DNA of 25,026 nucleotides from Candidatus Micrarchaeota archaeon (GCA_043806595.1 JAZDGU010000008.1:1-25026), one strand, 5' to 3'; numbered from the stretch's first letter, positions 1-8,406 are shown. The notes: generated by a model from the sequence alone, not told the origin. Numbers and translations: made by a program.

Positions 1-107
1 TGCGGACCGGGGTGCTGCAGAAGGCAATGGACATCGTCTTCGGCAACTACGACACCCTGAAGAACGTCACGGACATCGCCAACTGCACCATATCCAACTG
101 CCCGTAA
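1..107 (+). CDS. 3' end of a gene entering from the left (partial; ...MDIVFGNYDTLKNVTDIANCTISNCP*), possibly a secreted protein
   Basis: Open frame from position 3 to TAA at 105-107 with host-like GC3-rich codons; Cys pair and N-x-T sequons. Confidence 0.55.
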   Translation, partial: RTGVLQKAMDIVFGNYDTLKNVTDIANCTISNCP

Positions 108-178
108 TCCGCCACAGTGTAACGTCCGCTTAGGGGCATCCAAAGCTATTAATATCGCCGGGATGCTCAAACATCTCC

Positions 179-925
179 ATGGTGCTGGACGAGCTTTTCG
201 GCAAGAAGCCCAGGAAAGAGGAGCCTGCCGCTGACATCGAGAAGCATGACGAGGCTTCGCTGGACAGGCAGGGCGTCCAGGCCGCTTACTACCGCAAGAT
301 CATCGAACGGTATGCCGCGCTGATCAACGAAAACGAGGAAAAGACGATTCCCGAGCTCAAGGCCCTGGTCGACTCCAACGCGGAGGCGGTGCAGGAGCTC
401 CGGAAGCAAGTGCTGGAACAGCTGGCGGAGAAGAAGAAGGCCCTAGGCACGCACGCGGAAGGCGCGCCTTACGATTACGAAAGCGACTTCCTTCTTGCGG
501 CGGAGGCGGCGCTCGGAGCCGTCCGCGGGCTCAAGGCCGTCCATCCCGAGGTATCGGTCTCGTTCTGGCTTTCCCCGAAGGAGATACTGGAGCTGGGGGC
601 GGCGGACGTCTTCGACAAGGCGATACTGCTCTGCAGCCTGCTAAAGAGCCTCGGCTCGCAGGCGCGCATACTGGTGCTCGAGCTGGAGAACCGCCACATA
701 CATCCTGTGGTCGCCTTCGCTTACAGCGGAAGGGACTACGCGCTCGACGCCTGCCAGTCCGGGAGCCAGCTCTCCACCTACAGCGGGGTCCTCGACGAGG
801 CGCTCAAGACGCTCGCGTACGGCGGCTCGAAGTTCCTGAAGAAGTCGTACGAGTTCGACAACGACAAATACACGGAATTCGAGGAGGCCAAGGAGGGCGG
901 CAGCCTCGCGGCTAATAGTCCATGA
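179..925 (+). CDS. Transglutaminase-like fold protein, apparently lacking the catalytic Cys
   Basis: FWLSPKEILELGAADVFDKAILLCSLLKSLG resembles W-x-x-P-x-E...GDC(E/D)DxAxL with C replaced by V; downstream HPVV and YALD match His/Asp triad positions; TATA-like TATTAATA at ~148. Confidence 0.65.
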   Translation: MVLDELFGKKPRKEEPAADIEKHDEASLDRQGVQAAYYRKIIERYAALINENEEKTIPELKALVDSNAEAVQELRKQVLEQLAEKKKALGTHAEGAPYDYESDFLLAAEAALGAVRGLKAVHPEVSVSFWLSPKEILELGAADVFDKAILLCSLLKSLGSQARILVLELENRHIHPVVAFAYSGRDYALDACQSGSQLSTYSGVLDEALKTLAYGGSKFLKKSYEFDNDKYTEFEEAKEGGSLAANSP

Positions 926-937
926 GGCCTCCCGCTT

Positions 938-1162
938 TTACGCCAATTTGAGGAATTCCGCGGGAGCCAATTCGGCATCCTTGAGGATTTTGCGAAGCAG
1001 GTGCCGGTCGATTTCCTCGCGCGCGTGGACAGGAACGGTCGTCGTGCGGCCGTCGGGATGGCGGAGGAAGACGTGGCTGCCGTGGCGCCGAACTTGACTG
1101 AAACCGAGTGCGGCGAGGATTTTGATTAGCCGCTGGGCCTTAATAGGGCGCAACCCGGACAT
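938..1162 (-). CDS. hicA: HicA family mRNA interferase toxin
   Basis: 74 aa, basic; LGF...RRHGSHVFLRHPDGRTTTVPVH...LLRKILKDA signature. Confidence 0.93.
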   Translation of the reverse strand: MSGLRPIKAQRLIKILAALGFSQVRRHGSHVFLRHPDGRTTTVPVHAREEIDRHLLRKILKDAELAPAEFLKLA

Positions 1163-1391
1163 GGGGAAGCTTCACCCGGATGCGCTGAACCCCGACGAAG
1201 GAAGTTGATGCGGGCACCGGCTCTTTCTGTTCCGCAAGGCACAACTCGATGACTTCCCGCATGCGTTCCATCAGCACGTCAATGCTTTTCGCCTGGGAGT
1301 GGCATCCTTGAAGCTCCGGGACGCTGCCGACGAAATGGCCGTCCCCCCCCTTCTCAATGACCACTGTGAACTCCCTGTCGTCGGTACGCAT
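1140..1391 (-). CDS. hicB: HicB family antitoxin (short, no obvious DNA-binding domain)
   Basis: Real gene is the last 83 aa of track ORF 1140..2306: MRTDDREFTVVIEKGGDGHFVGSVPELQGCHSQAKSIDVLMERMREVIELCL; ATG at 1391; overlaps the hicA start; TATA-like TTTATATT ~35-40 nt upstream. Confidence 0.9.
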   Translation of the reverse strand: MRTDDREFTVVIEKGGDGHFVGSVPELQGCHSQAKSIDVLMERMREVIELCLAEQKEPVPASTSFVGVQRIRVKLPHVRVAPY

Positions 1392-1465
1392 AAGCCTGCA
1401 CCAAGAAGGATTTGGCGGACACGGAATATAAACGCATTGCATATTGATTGGAAACCAGGCTTCCG

Positions 1466-3964
1466 CTAGTAGTCCATGAGGCCGGTCTGCCTCTTCTCCG
1501 GCTGGTCGACCATGGAAGGGTCCAGCTCCAGCACGCCGTATTCGCCGTCGAAGCCGGGCCGCACCTTCAGCCTGCCGGCGCGGTTGGCGAGGATGGCGGA
1601 AGCGAGCCTGTCGTGCGCCTCGCGGCGGAGGACTTCGGCGGGCGTCTCTAGGAGAAGGTTGAACTCGGTGCCGAACTTCGCGGTCAGGCGCTCGGTCTCC
1701 GCGAAAACCTTGCGCGAGGCGAGCGTCGAGCCGTAGACCGCGGCGACGAGCTCCTGCAGCGGGAGAAGCGTCTTGAAGGGTATTGCGCCCTGCGGGATAA
1801 TCCCCGGCGGCCGGTCGGCGAGCTGCCCGACGCGGTTGAGCACGCCGATGGTCAGCGGGCGCTTGCATGCCGGGCAGCGGTTGCCCAGCCGGAGCGACTC
1901 CTCCGGCGGGCACGAGAACTTGCAGTTCCTGTGGCCGTCGAAGTGGTACTTGCCGTAGTTCGGGTCGACCTCCACGGTGAAGGCGAACTTGCCGGGGTCG
2001 TGCGAGTAGATGGCGTCGAACAGCGAGGCGTACGTGAGGCCCTCGGCGGGAAGGTTGAAGGCGTTGGCCTCGCGCCCGATGCGGAAGGGGTACGGGGAAT
2101 GCGAGTCCGAGTTGCTGATTTGCGCGTACTTGTCCAAAGCGGAAACCCGCCAGTTCATCGGGGGATCGCTCGACATGCCGGTCTCGAAGGCACGGATGTG
2201 CCCGCTCTCGTCGCCGTACGCATCCCCGATGGAGTCGTAGCCGGAGTTGCTCCCGAAGACGGAGAACCACGGGGTCCAACAGTTGTGCACTGCAGCCCAT
2301 TCGCAAACGTACGAATTATCCTCGGCTACTTCCAAATTGTAGACGTCACCACAGTATTTTTCTTCAGCAATATTTCTGATGGGTAGATAGGCATAGTTTT
2401 TATCCATCCAACCATGCCTGGTTTTCCTCGTCGTATTAAATTTCCTGAAGGCGGAGTCTCTGAGGAGGAGGAAGGGGTCTTCGAAGAAGGAAAGGTTTGA
2501 GAAATGGAAAAGGTCGTTTCGGGAAAAAACCGTCCTTCCTGAAAGCAAATGCCTTTTTGAATTGTGGGCGTCTACGCGTTCGATGGCGATGGATGGAATG
2601 ATACCCAGACGAAGACAGACGATTTTCATCTGACTCGCTAAAACGCGTGACACCGTGTACCCACCGTCGCCCCGCCACCAACATCGCAACAGTTCGGCCT
2701 GCTTGGACGTGCTGATTTCAAGCATCCACGGGGGCAACTTCTTAGTCGGAGCTCTCTTCACGCTCCCCGCAGAATAAAACAATTTTTTGAACGCCTCGGC
2801 CAGAATCTTGGAATAGTAGACTAGTTCCGCGGAATTCGTCCCGCTCTTTACGTTCAAAGCGCTGACCTCGAGGCCAAACACCTGTTTCATCAGCGCGTTT
2901 ACATCATCCAAATATTCTGATTCGGCCTTGTTGAAAGTGAACGAAATCGAGTCCCCGTTCGAATTGATGGAGCCTTCGGCTAGGTAATAGCCGGCAATCC
3001 TGCAAAAAGCGGCGTCAACTGCCAGCAGGTTGGGGATCGGCTTGCGCCTGGTCCCCATGGGCAATATCTTCCCCGCAGCTAGGAAATGATTCGAAACGTA
3101 CTCGGAAAGCAAGAGGGAGTCCTTGTCCCTGACGGAATTGAAACGCGGATAAATCAAAACGTCCCCGGCTGAAAGGTCTTTTGCTCGGACCCATTCTGGC
3201 CTATAGCCCTCGAATTTTCGACAGCAGGGCTTGCTCAGGCAAGTGGGGCGCGACAGCCCATTTGTCCAGCTGCATTTTGTTCCCCGTATTGCAAAAAAGG
3301 GGTGTTCGGGGGTAGCTGCCAATCCTTCTCGGAAGTAAAAAGGAGTGACCCGGAATATTTTTCCGTCAAACCTTCTCTTAAATACTCTTTGCACTGCCCT
3401 CCAGTTGTTCGAGTGGGTGAAGACGGCCTCGCCCTCGACAACCTCGCAAATAGCTTTCAATCCTTCACGCACGTGAAGCAGGGTATCGGGGGTTAAACAG
3501 TGCGCGGGAACAACCTCGATTCTCCTGTCGGTCTCCCTGCAGAGCTCCACGAGCGCCGCGGGCGTGGTCCTGCCGAAGGTCGGCCTGCCGTCCGCGGAAA
3601 GCGAGCCGAGCCCGGCCAGCCGGTCGTTCAGCTGCCCGGCGGACTCCAGTGAAGGCGCGAAGACTATGTGGTGGACCTTCTTGACCGCGGAGCCGTCGGA
3701 GAAGATGGTGCTGATTTCCGTCTGGAGGATGAAGCGGACTGAAGAGGAGGAATTCCTGAGCCGGTAGATTCCGGTCCCTGCGCCGGTTTCCTCGAGCTTG
3801 CGCCTGAGCTCCGCGAACCACAGGGGGTGCGTGAAGTCCGCGGTGCCCAACAGCCCCAGCCCCTTCCTGCGCGCGCCCTCCTCGAGGTGCTCGAGGTCCA
3901 TGTTCGGGCTGACCGCGCGCGAATACTTCGAGTGCAGGTGCAGGTCCGCGAAAAGCATTTCCAC
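1466..3964 (-). CDS. endoQ: Endonuclease Q family (PHP domain plus Zn ribbon) DNA repair protein, intein-containing precursor
   Basis: ADLHLHSKYSRA, GTADFTHP, VHH, PAH|xWTPW, ETGMSSDP, SNSDSHS, GREAN, GKYHFDGHRNC...CPAC, GVLNRV, PGFDGEYG. Removing the intein leaves ~426 aa. Start GTG 3964 or ATG 3958. Confidence 0.9.
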   Translation of the reverse strand: MEMLFADLHLHSKYSRAVSPNMDLEHLEEGARRKGLGLLGTADFTHPLWFAELRRKLEETGAGTGIYRLRNSSSSVRFILQTEISTIFSDGSAVKKVHHIVFAPSLESAGQLNDRLAGLGSLSADGRPTFGRTTPAALVELCRETDRRIEVVPAHCLTPDTLLHVREGLKAICEVVEGEAVFTHSNNWRAVQRVFKRRFDGKIFRVTPFYFREGLAATPEHPFFAIRGTKCSWTNGLSRPTCLSKPCCRKFEGYRPEWVRAKDLSAGDVLIYPRFNSVRDKDSLLLSEYVSNHFLAAGKILPMGTRRKPIPNLLAVDAAFCRIAGYYLAEGSINSNGDSISFTFNKAESEYLDDVNALMKQVFGLEVSALNVKSGTNSAELVYYSKILAEAFKKLFYSAGSVKRAPTKKLPPWMLEISTSKQAELLRCWWRGDGGYTVSRVLASQMKIVCLRLGIIPSIAIERVDAHNSKRHLLSGRTVFSRNDLFHFSNLSFFEDPFLLLRDSAFRKFNTTRKTRHGWMDKNYAYLPIRNIAEEKYCGDVYNLEVAEDNSYVCEWAAVHNCWTPWFSVFGSNSGYDSIGDAYGDESGHIRAFETGMSSDPPMNWRVSALDKYAQISNSDSHSPYPFRIGREANAFNLPAEGLTYASLFDAIYSHDPGKFAFTVEVDPNYGKYHFDGHRNCKFSCPPEESLRLGNRCPACKRPLTIGVLNRVGQLADRPPGIIPQGAIPFKTLLPLQELVAAVYGSTLASRKVFAETERLTAKFGTEFNLLLETPAEVLRREAHDRLASAILANRAGRLKVRPGFDGEYGVLELDPSMVDQPEKRQTGLMDY
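2282..3499 (-). mobile_element. Intein (406 aa) with LAGLIDADG homing endonuclease domain
   Basis: N-terminal CLTPDT (block A), ATPEHPF (block B TxxH), IAGYYLAEG and LLRCWWRGDG (LAGLIDADG motifs), VYNLEVAEDNSY (block F), VHN followed by +1 Cys. Visibly more AT-rich than the exteins. Confidence 0.95.
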
Positions 3965-4024
3965 CGGAAGGGTCTAGGGCGGCTTCAGGTTATAAATGCA
4001 GGGCACCGCCGAGCGGGCGCGCAG

Positions 4025-4396
4025 TCATACGAAGACGAGGCAGTAGTTGTAGTAGGCGGCGGGCGCGCATTCCGAATTCGTGTCCGCGACCGCGTCCGGG
4101 TGGAAGACCTCGTTGAGCTTGACGAGCGTCAGGTTCTTCAGGTCCTCCTTGTCGCCCGCGGAGTAATACGAGGAAAGCTGGGGCGTGATGTTCACCACCG
4201 AGTCGCCCACGGAATAGCCCATGACGAAGCACTGGAGGGACGAGTTCTGCGAGGCGAGCTCCGAGCACGACATCCTGGCGGTCGAGAGCGCGAGGTTTAT
4301 CTCTATGTCGCGGAAGGTCTGGAGGATGCTCGTCGCGACTATGACGAAGACGAGTGCCAGCAGGAAGACGTATTCCGCACCGATTTGGCCGCGCAT
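4025..4396 (-). CDS. Class III signal peptide (type IV pilin-like) protein, 123 aa
   Basis: MRG|QIGAEYVFLLALVFVIV: G|Q(+1), E(+5), then a hydrophobic helix; ATG at 4396 inside track ORF 4025..4624. Confidence 0.82.
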   Translation of the reverse strand: MRGQIGAEYVFLLALVFVIVATSILQTFRDIEINLALSTARMSCSELASQNSSLQCFVMGYSVGDSVVNITPQLSSYYSAGDKEDLKNLTLVKLNEVFHPDAVADTNSECAPAAYYNYCLVFV

Positions 4397-4425
4397 ATCA
4401 AACACAAACCCGTTGGGGGGACGTA

Positions 4426-4890
4426 CTAATTGGAGACCCTCACGCACGCGTATACGACGCCGTCGTCCCGGCTGCGGACGGTGAAGCGGAGCCAGCCGGA
4501 CTTCGTGCAGACGTCCGCCGTCGTAGTGGTCACGAGGAAGCCCACCTCGTCGCTGAACACGAGGCCGGTGACGCCCGAGGTCACGCAGTAGAACTTGTTG
4601 AGGCTGGAGTTGAAGTTGAAGCACGAGGTGTTCGCCGGCACGAAGACGTAGTTCGTTATCGCGGAATTGTTGCCCTGAAGGTAGACGTATTTCGCCGCGC
4701 TGACCTCGAGGTCCAAGGCGTTCCTCCCGGCGACGATGTTGTTCAAGGACACCGCCTCCTGTATCTGCGTGTCGGAGTTCGAGATGAGGACGCTCGAGGC
4801 GAGCAGTATGAAACCGGCGATGATGAAGAACTCTATGCTCATCTGGCCGCGAGGCGCGCCAATACCGCTATTCAGCCTGCCGACAGCCAT
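4426..4890 (-). CDS. Class III signal peptide (type IV pilin-like) protein
   Basis: PRG|QMSIEFFIIAGFILL, N-glycosylation sequons, Cys pairs; start overlaps the peptidase 3' end. Confidence 0.82.
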   Translation of the reverse strand: MAVGRLNSGIGAPRGQMSIEFFIIAGFILLASSVLISNSDTQIQEAVSLNNIVAGRNALDLEVSAAKYVYLQGNNSAITNYVFVPANTSCFNFNSSLNKFYCVTSGVTGLVFSDEVGFLVTTTTADVCTKSGWLRFTVRSRDDGVVYACVRVSN

Positions 4891-5936
4891 GCCAACGCCC
4901 AGAAATACGCGAGAAAGCCCGCCGCGAGAACAGGAGCGAACGGGATGACGCGTTTAACCCGGAGCCATTTCACGCCCGCCCTTTTTAACTCTTTTATTTC
5001 CGCGGCAGAAAGCCCGCCGGCGGAAAGCGAGTCCGCCAGAACCCTGCCTCCGGGCGCAAACCCCCGCCGCGCCATTGCCAGCAGCCCAAAAACGCCCGAA
5101 GAGCCCTTTCCCCCGCCAGCCTTGAGCAATCCAACCATCGCCTTCAGGTCCAGCGGGTTCCAGCGCACGATCTTCCCGTCCTTCAACAGAATCGTCTCCG
5201 CGGGCACGTCACCCTCCCCCAAATCGGCGATTTTCGCGTCATAGCGCAACACCTTTGCCGAAAACAGCTTGAACAGCCCGGGAAGAAGCGAGAACGCGAA
5301 CGACAATGCGAACAGCCACAGAAGCAGCGCAGCATCGAACCGCAAAAACGCCACCGACAGCGCAAACAGCACTGCGGAAGCCAGCACCGGCGGCCGGAAC
5401 AGGAGGAAGGCGACGACCAAGAGGGCCATCAACCAGAAGTTACCCGAAAACACGACGCCGGCAAAGCCTACGACGGACAAGAACACGTAGGACGATATGC
5501 CGCCCGAGAACGCCGGGAAGAGCCCTTTCACGGCCACTCCCAGAATTTCGCCCTTCAAGCGCCACACGTCCCGGAAGTGGATCAGCACCAGCAGGGGCAC
5601 CAGCAGGACCGCCGAGGCCATGAAGACCGGCAGGAAGGAAAGCCAGTCGCCGCCGAAGACGAAGGCGTAGGGCGCCATGGCTGAAAAGAACTTCACGTCG
5701 CCGCCTGCCCACGCGCCCAGTCGGTAGACGGCGTAAGCAAAGCAGAACCACGCCAAGACAACAGCGAACAAACCCAGCAATGCCCCCGGCCCGTTCAGAT
5801 ACAGCGCCAGCCCCGCGCCAACAAGCAGAAAGCCATAGTTCAGCCAGTCCGGGATCTCCCTGCTCTTCAGGTCGGTGAAGCTGGCCGCCGCGGAGAAGGC
5901 AAGGAAAGCGCCCAGCGCTGGGAGTTGCACGGGCAA
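4872..5936 (-). CDS. Peptidase A24 prepilin peptidase, long EppA-like form
   Basis: TDLKSREIPDW and AGGDVKF aspartate motifs, many TM helices, DLGEGDV and C-terminal IPFAPVL; embedded among pilin genes. Confidence 0.9.
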   Translation of the reverse strand: MPVQLPALGAFLAFSAAASFTDLKSREIPDWLNYGFLLVGAGLALYLNGPGALLGLFAVVLAWFCFAYAVYRLGAWAGGDVKFFSAMAPYAFVFGGDWLSFLPVFMASAVLLVPLLVLIHFRDVWRLKGEILGVAVKGLFPAFSGGISSYVFLSVVGFAGVVFSGNFWLMALLVVAFLLFRPPVLASAVLFALSVAFLRFDAALLLWLFALSFAFSLLPGLFKLFSAKVLRYDAKIADLGEGDVPAETILLKDGKIVRWNPLDLKAMVGLLKAGGGKGSSGVFGLLAMARRGFAPGGRVLADSLSAGGLSAAEIKELKRAGVKWLRVKRVIPFAPVLAAGFLAYFWALAWLSAG

Positions 5937-5945
5937 GGGGGGGTT

Positions 5946-6134
5946 TCAGCTCACGAACATGGAAATTATCTTGTTCCTATCGCTGGACACGCGCTGGCTG
6001 ATGATGTCGCTGATTTCCTTTATCTGCGCGGCGACGGAGATGCCCGCCAACACTACGACGAGGCCCAAGGCAATAAGCAGGATGTACTCCGTCGACGTCT
6101 GCGCGCGGTTGCCCAATCGGGGGAATCGTATCAT
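5946..6134 (-). CDS. Small class III signal peptide pilin (62 aa)
   Basis: MIRFPRLGNRA|QTSTEYILLIALGLVVVLAG; ATG at 6134; ends 10 nt before the peptidase start. Confidence 0.85.
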   Translation of the reverse strand: MIRFPRLGNRAQTSTEYILLIALGLVVVLAGISVAAQIKEISDIISQRVSSDRNKIISMFVS

Positions 6135-6201
6135 GCCAATGCCACTAGCCGGACGGCGGGGCGGAATAAAAGGCTTGCGATGCGGAAAAAATCGAGGCCG
6201 G

Positions 6202-6774
6202 CTATGCGAGCATTTTCCTCGCCCGGAGCGCTGCCGCCTTCGGGAGCCTAGCAAGCGCTTCCTTCAGTCTCCTTGGGTCCAGCCGCGGCCTGATTTCCGC
6301 GAGCGCCTCCCGCGGAACGTTCTGCCTGAAGTACGCGAAGTCGGCGACGGTCTTCTCCAGGGTGGAGACCGGAATCCAGAAGCCGGCGTAGGGCATGGAC
6401 TCGAAGCCGAAGAAGAGCCTGCGGGGAATGCGCGTCACAACGTAATTTGCGCCCCCGAAGCTCCTGACTCCCTCCCGGACTTTGCGCACGGTCAACACCA
6501 CGGGATTCGTCTCCTGTTCCCACGCGCCATGCAGGGAAAGCGCATCCTGCAGGCCGTAGTAGAAGGGGGGGAAAGCGAACCCGACGACCTGCGGCTCGTC
6601 CTTGAACGAATACGCCGACTTGGTAATGCGGTGCAGCCTGCCCCGCATGGCGAGGTTGTGCAGCAGCAGCCTCGCGTAACCTGCGCTTGCGCCTTGCAGG
6701 ACCCGCCGCGCCTCCGCCAAAGTGAAGCACGGCCGGTCCGAGAACGCCTTTTCCAAGACTGCCGGGTATCTCAC
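6202..6774 (-). CDS. AbiEi-like antitoxin / wHTH transcriptional regulator (type IV TA)
   Basis: N-terminal FTLAEARR...LLHNLAMRGRLHRITKSAY wHTH, PFYYGLQDALSLHG, VSTLEKTVAD; GTG start overlaps the upstream TGA (GTGA at 6771-6774). Confidence 0.8.
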   Translation of the reverse strand: MRYPAVLEKAFSDRPCFTLAEARRVLQGASAGYARLLLHNLAMRGRLHRITKSAYSFKDEPQVVGFAFPPFYYGLQDALSLHGAWEQETNPVVLTVRKVREGVRSFGGANYVVTRIPRRLFFGFESMPYAGFWIPVSTLEKTVADFAYFRQNVPREALAEIRPRLDPRRLKEALARLPKAAALRARKMLA

Positions 6775-7418
6775 GAAAAACGCCCCGCAAGGTATTCGCG
6801 CATCTGCTTAAAAGTCGGCACCGCACCCGAGTATATCGTTGCGGCAAGATTGCCTTCGTCGACCGGCTCGGGAAGCGAGCGCGAAAAACCCGACAGCCTG
6901 GCCTTCACCTGCGCGTCGTCCTCCAGCTGGAGGCAGAGGAAGTAGACGTCGAAGATGTCGCGGGCGAACCTGCGCGAGGAATACGCCGCGGCCTTCTCCA
7001 GCACGAGGTCCTCAAGCGAAAGCGAGAAGACGATGAACGCCGAGCCGCCCATCTTCTCGAACGCCAGCGGCGCCGAAGACACTTTCCTGGAAAAATTGAT
7101 TTCCACTCGCACCTCAGCCTCCCTGCCGGACACTTTCGCGAAGACGAGGTTCTCCGTCTGCTTGAACTTCAGCAATTGCAGCCCCCTCGCAGACAAGGCA
7201 GCCTTCAGCCGTTCCCCGAAATCCTGCCGCAGGACAGGCACGTAGAAATCCAAATCTTCCGAGAAGCGCGTGCCGCCGAAGCACCGCCAGACCGCGGTGC
7301 CGCCGTGAAGCACCATATCGGGAGCGATTGAGTAGAGGATTTCGACCAATTCGTCCTGCAGGTAGCCGACGTCGCGGTGCAGGCGCTTCTTCAGCCTCTT
7401 GTCCAACGGAATCCTCAT
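6771..7418 (-). CDS. AbiEii/AbiGii-family nucleotidyltransferase toxin
   Basis: VLHGGTAVWRCFGGTRFSEDLDF (GGT and RxSxDxD) and EKAAAYSSRRFARDIFD; likely ATG at 7418. Confidence 0.9.
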   Translation of the reverse strand: MRIPLDKRLKKRLHRDVGYLQDELVEILYSIAPDMVLHGGTAVWRCFGGTRFSEDLDFYVPVLRQDFGERLKAALSARGLQLLKFKQTENLVFAKVSGREAEVRVEINFSRKVSSAPLAFEKMGGSAFIVFSLSLEDLVLEKAAAYSSRRFARDIFDVYFLCLQLEDDAQVKARLSGFSRSLPEPVDEGNLAATIYSGAVPTFKQMREYLAGRFS

Positions 7419-7443
7419 GCGAACCGGCCCACCCAAACGCACA

Positions 7444-7473
7444 TTTAAAATTATAACCAAAGTTATATTTAAA
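7444..7473 (-). promoter_or_regulatory. AT-rich promoter with dyad symmetry upstream of the AbiE module
   Basis: TTTAAA-AT-TATAAC-CAAA-GTTATA-TTTAAA: TATAAC/GTTATA inverted repeat flanked by TTTAAA boxes, 25-55 nt upstream of the ATG. Confidence 0.55.
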
Positions 7474-7692
7474 CATAACTATCGTTAAAAAAGCAAGGCT
7501 TTGGCCATTTCGTGGCCGGGCCTGCCGCGGGTGGAGGATGCCGTTGGCGGCCGGGAAAGATGATGAGCTTGCGCTCCCGCCGGCGGGTTCGATGGTTTCT
7601 GCAGGTTCGGCAGATTCGATACAAACAAGAGCCCAGACGGACAAGGGCCCGGCGGGCATGCCGTCCCGTCGGACGGCGCTCGCGCTCACGGG

Positions 7693-7721
7693 AATAAAAA
7701 AAGAAAGGAAAAATAAAAAAA
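7693..7721 (-). terminator. Oligo-T terminator after the pilin gene
   Basis: TTTTTTTATTTTTCCTTTCTTTTTTTATT on the minus strand directly after TAA at 7723. Confidence 0.7.
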
Positions 7722-7722
7722 C

Positions 7723-8058
7723 TTAAATTGGCGCAACAGCGCACCAAGACGGGTTTCCAGCACAACCAGCTATTAAGCTTTGATCTGTGGCGGTCTTGCA
7801 TTGATAGGTTGTGTTCGGCGCCCCGACTGGAGAAAACCTTGTGCTCACATCCAACCCAAGGTATCTTCCACACATGCTTATCGTCATGTTAGTTTGCTCG
7901 CTAATAGAATGAGTTCCTGCAGCAATCTGGTTGTTGGCAGAGCCGAGCACGGAGCTCCGGAGGATGATGATTGCGAGAACCACGATCAAGAGCACTCCCG
8001 CTAGCAGCAGGATGTACTCGAAGGCCCCTTGCGCCTTGCGTTCTTTCAAGAACCTCAT
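7723..8058 (-). CDS. Class III signal peptide pilin (111 aa), candidate major pilin
   Basis: MRFLKERKA|QGAFEYILLLAGVLLIVVLAIIILR; own TATA (~8128-8135), GAGGT SD-like site, strong terminator, four Cys in the C-terminal part. Confidence 0.9.
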   Translation of the reverse strand: MRFLKERKAQGAFEYILLLAGVLLIVVLAIIILRSSVLGSANNQIAAGTHSISEQTNMTISMCGRYLGLDVSTRFSPVGAPNTTYQCKTATDQSLIAGCAGNPSWCAVAPI

Positions 8059-8177
8059 GCTTTCATCGACCTCTTTCCGGGTTGAACCATAACCGCGTTT
8101 TACGATGAGAAACAATATCCTCGAGTCATTTAAAAGCCTTTCCCTCGGAGCGGGGGTCGGAGGGGGCGAAGCGGGGT

Positions 8178-8366
8178 TCAGCAGCCCTGCAGCGAGCAGT
8201 TGCTGAGGTTGGTGAGGTTCGACCACGTCTCGTAGTTCTGGTTGACGATGTGCGACGCGCCGCCGAAGACGTTGCCCCGCAGGATGACAATGGAGAGAAC
8301 GACGATGAGGAGGATGCCGCCGAGGAGCATGATGTATTCCATCGAGCCCTGCGCGCGGTTTTCCAT
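8178..8366 (-). CDS. Small class III signal peptide pilin (62 aa), paralog of 7723..8058
   Basis: MENRA|QGSMEYIMLLGGILLIVVLSIVILRG; TATA at ~8390-8398. Confidence 0.88.
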   Translation of the reverse strand: MENRAQGSMEYIMLLGGILLIVVLSIVILRGNVFGGASHIVNQNYETWSNLTNLSNCSLQGC

Positions 8367-8406
8367 GCACTGCGTAAGGGCGGAGGTGGTTTTTAAATCT
8401 CTTGGC

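Noticed and set aside
1392..2306. Long N-terminal part of the 388-aa ORF ending in HicB
   Set aside because: Alternative frame over endoQ; only the last 83 aa look like HicB and have their own TATA and ATG.
4354..6945. Plus-strand ORFs of 296 and 356 aa
   Set aside because: Antisense to well-supported pilin, peptidase and AbiE genes; no motifs.
7559..7620. ATGATGA resembling a C/D-box sRNA C box
   Set aside because: No CTGA D box at a suitable distance.
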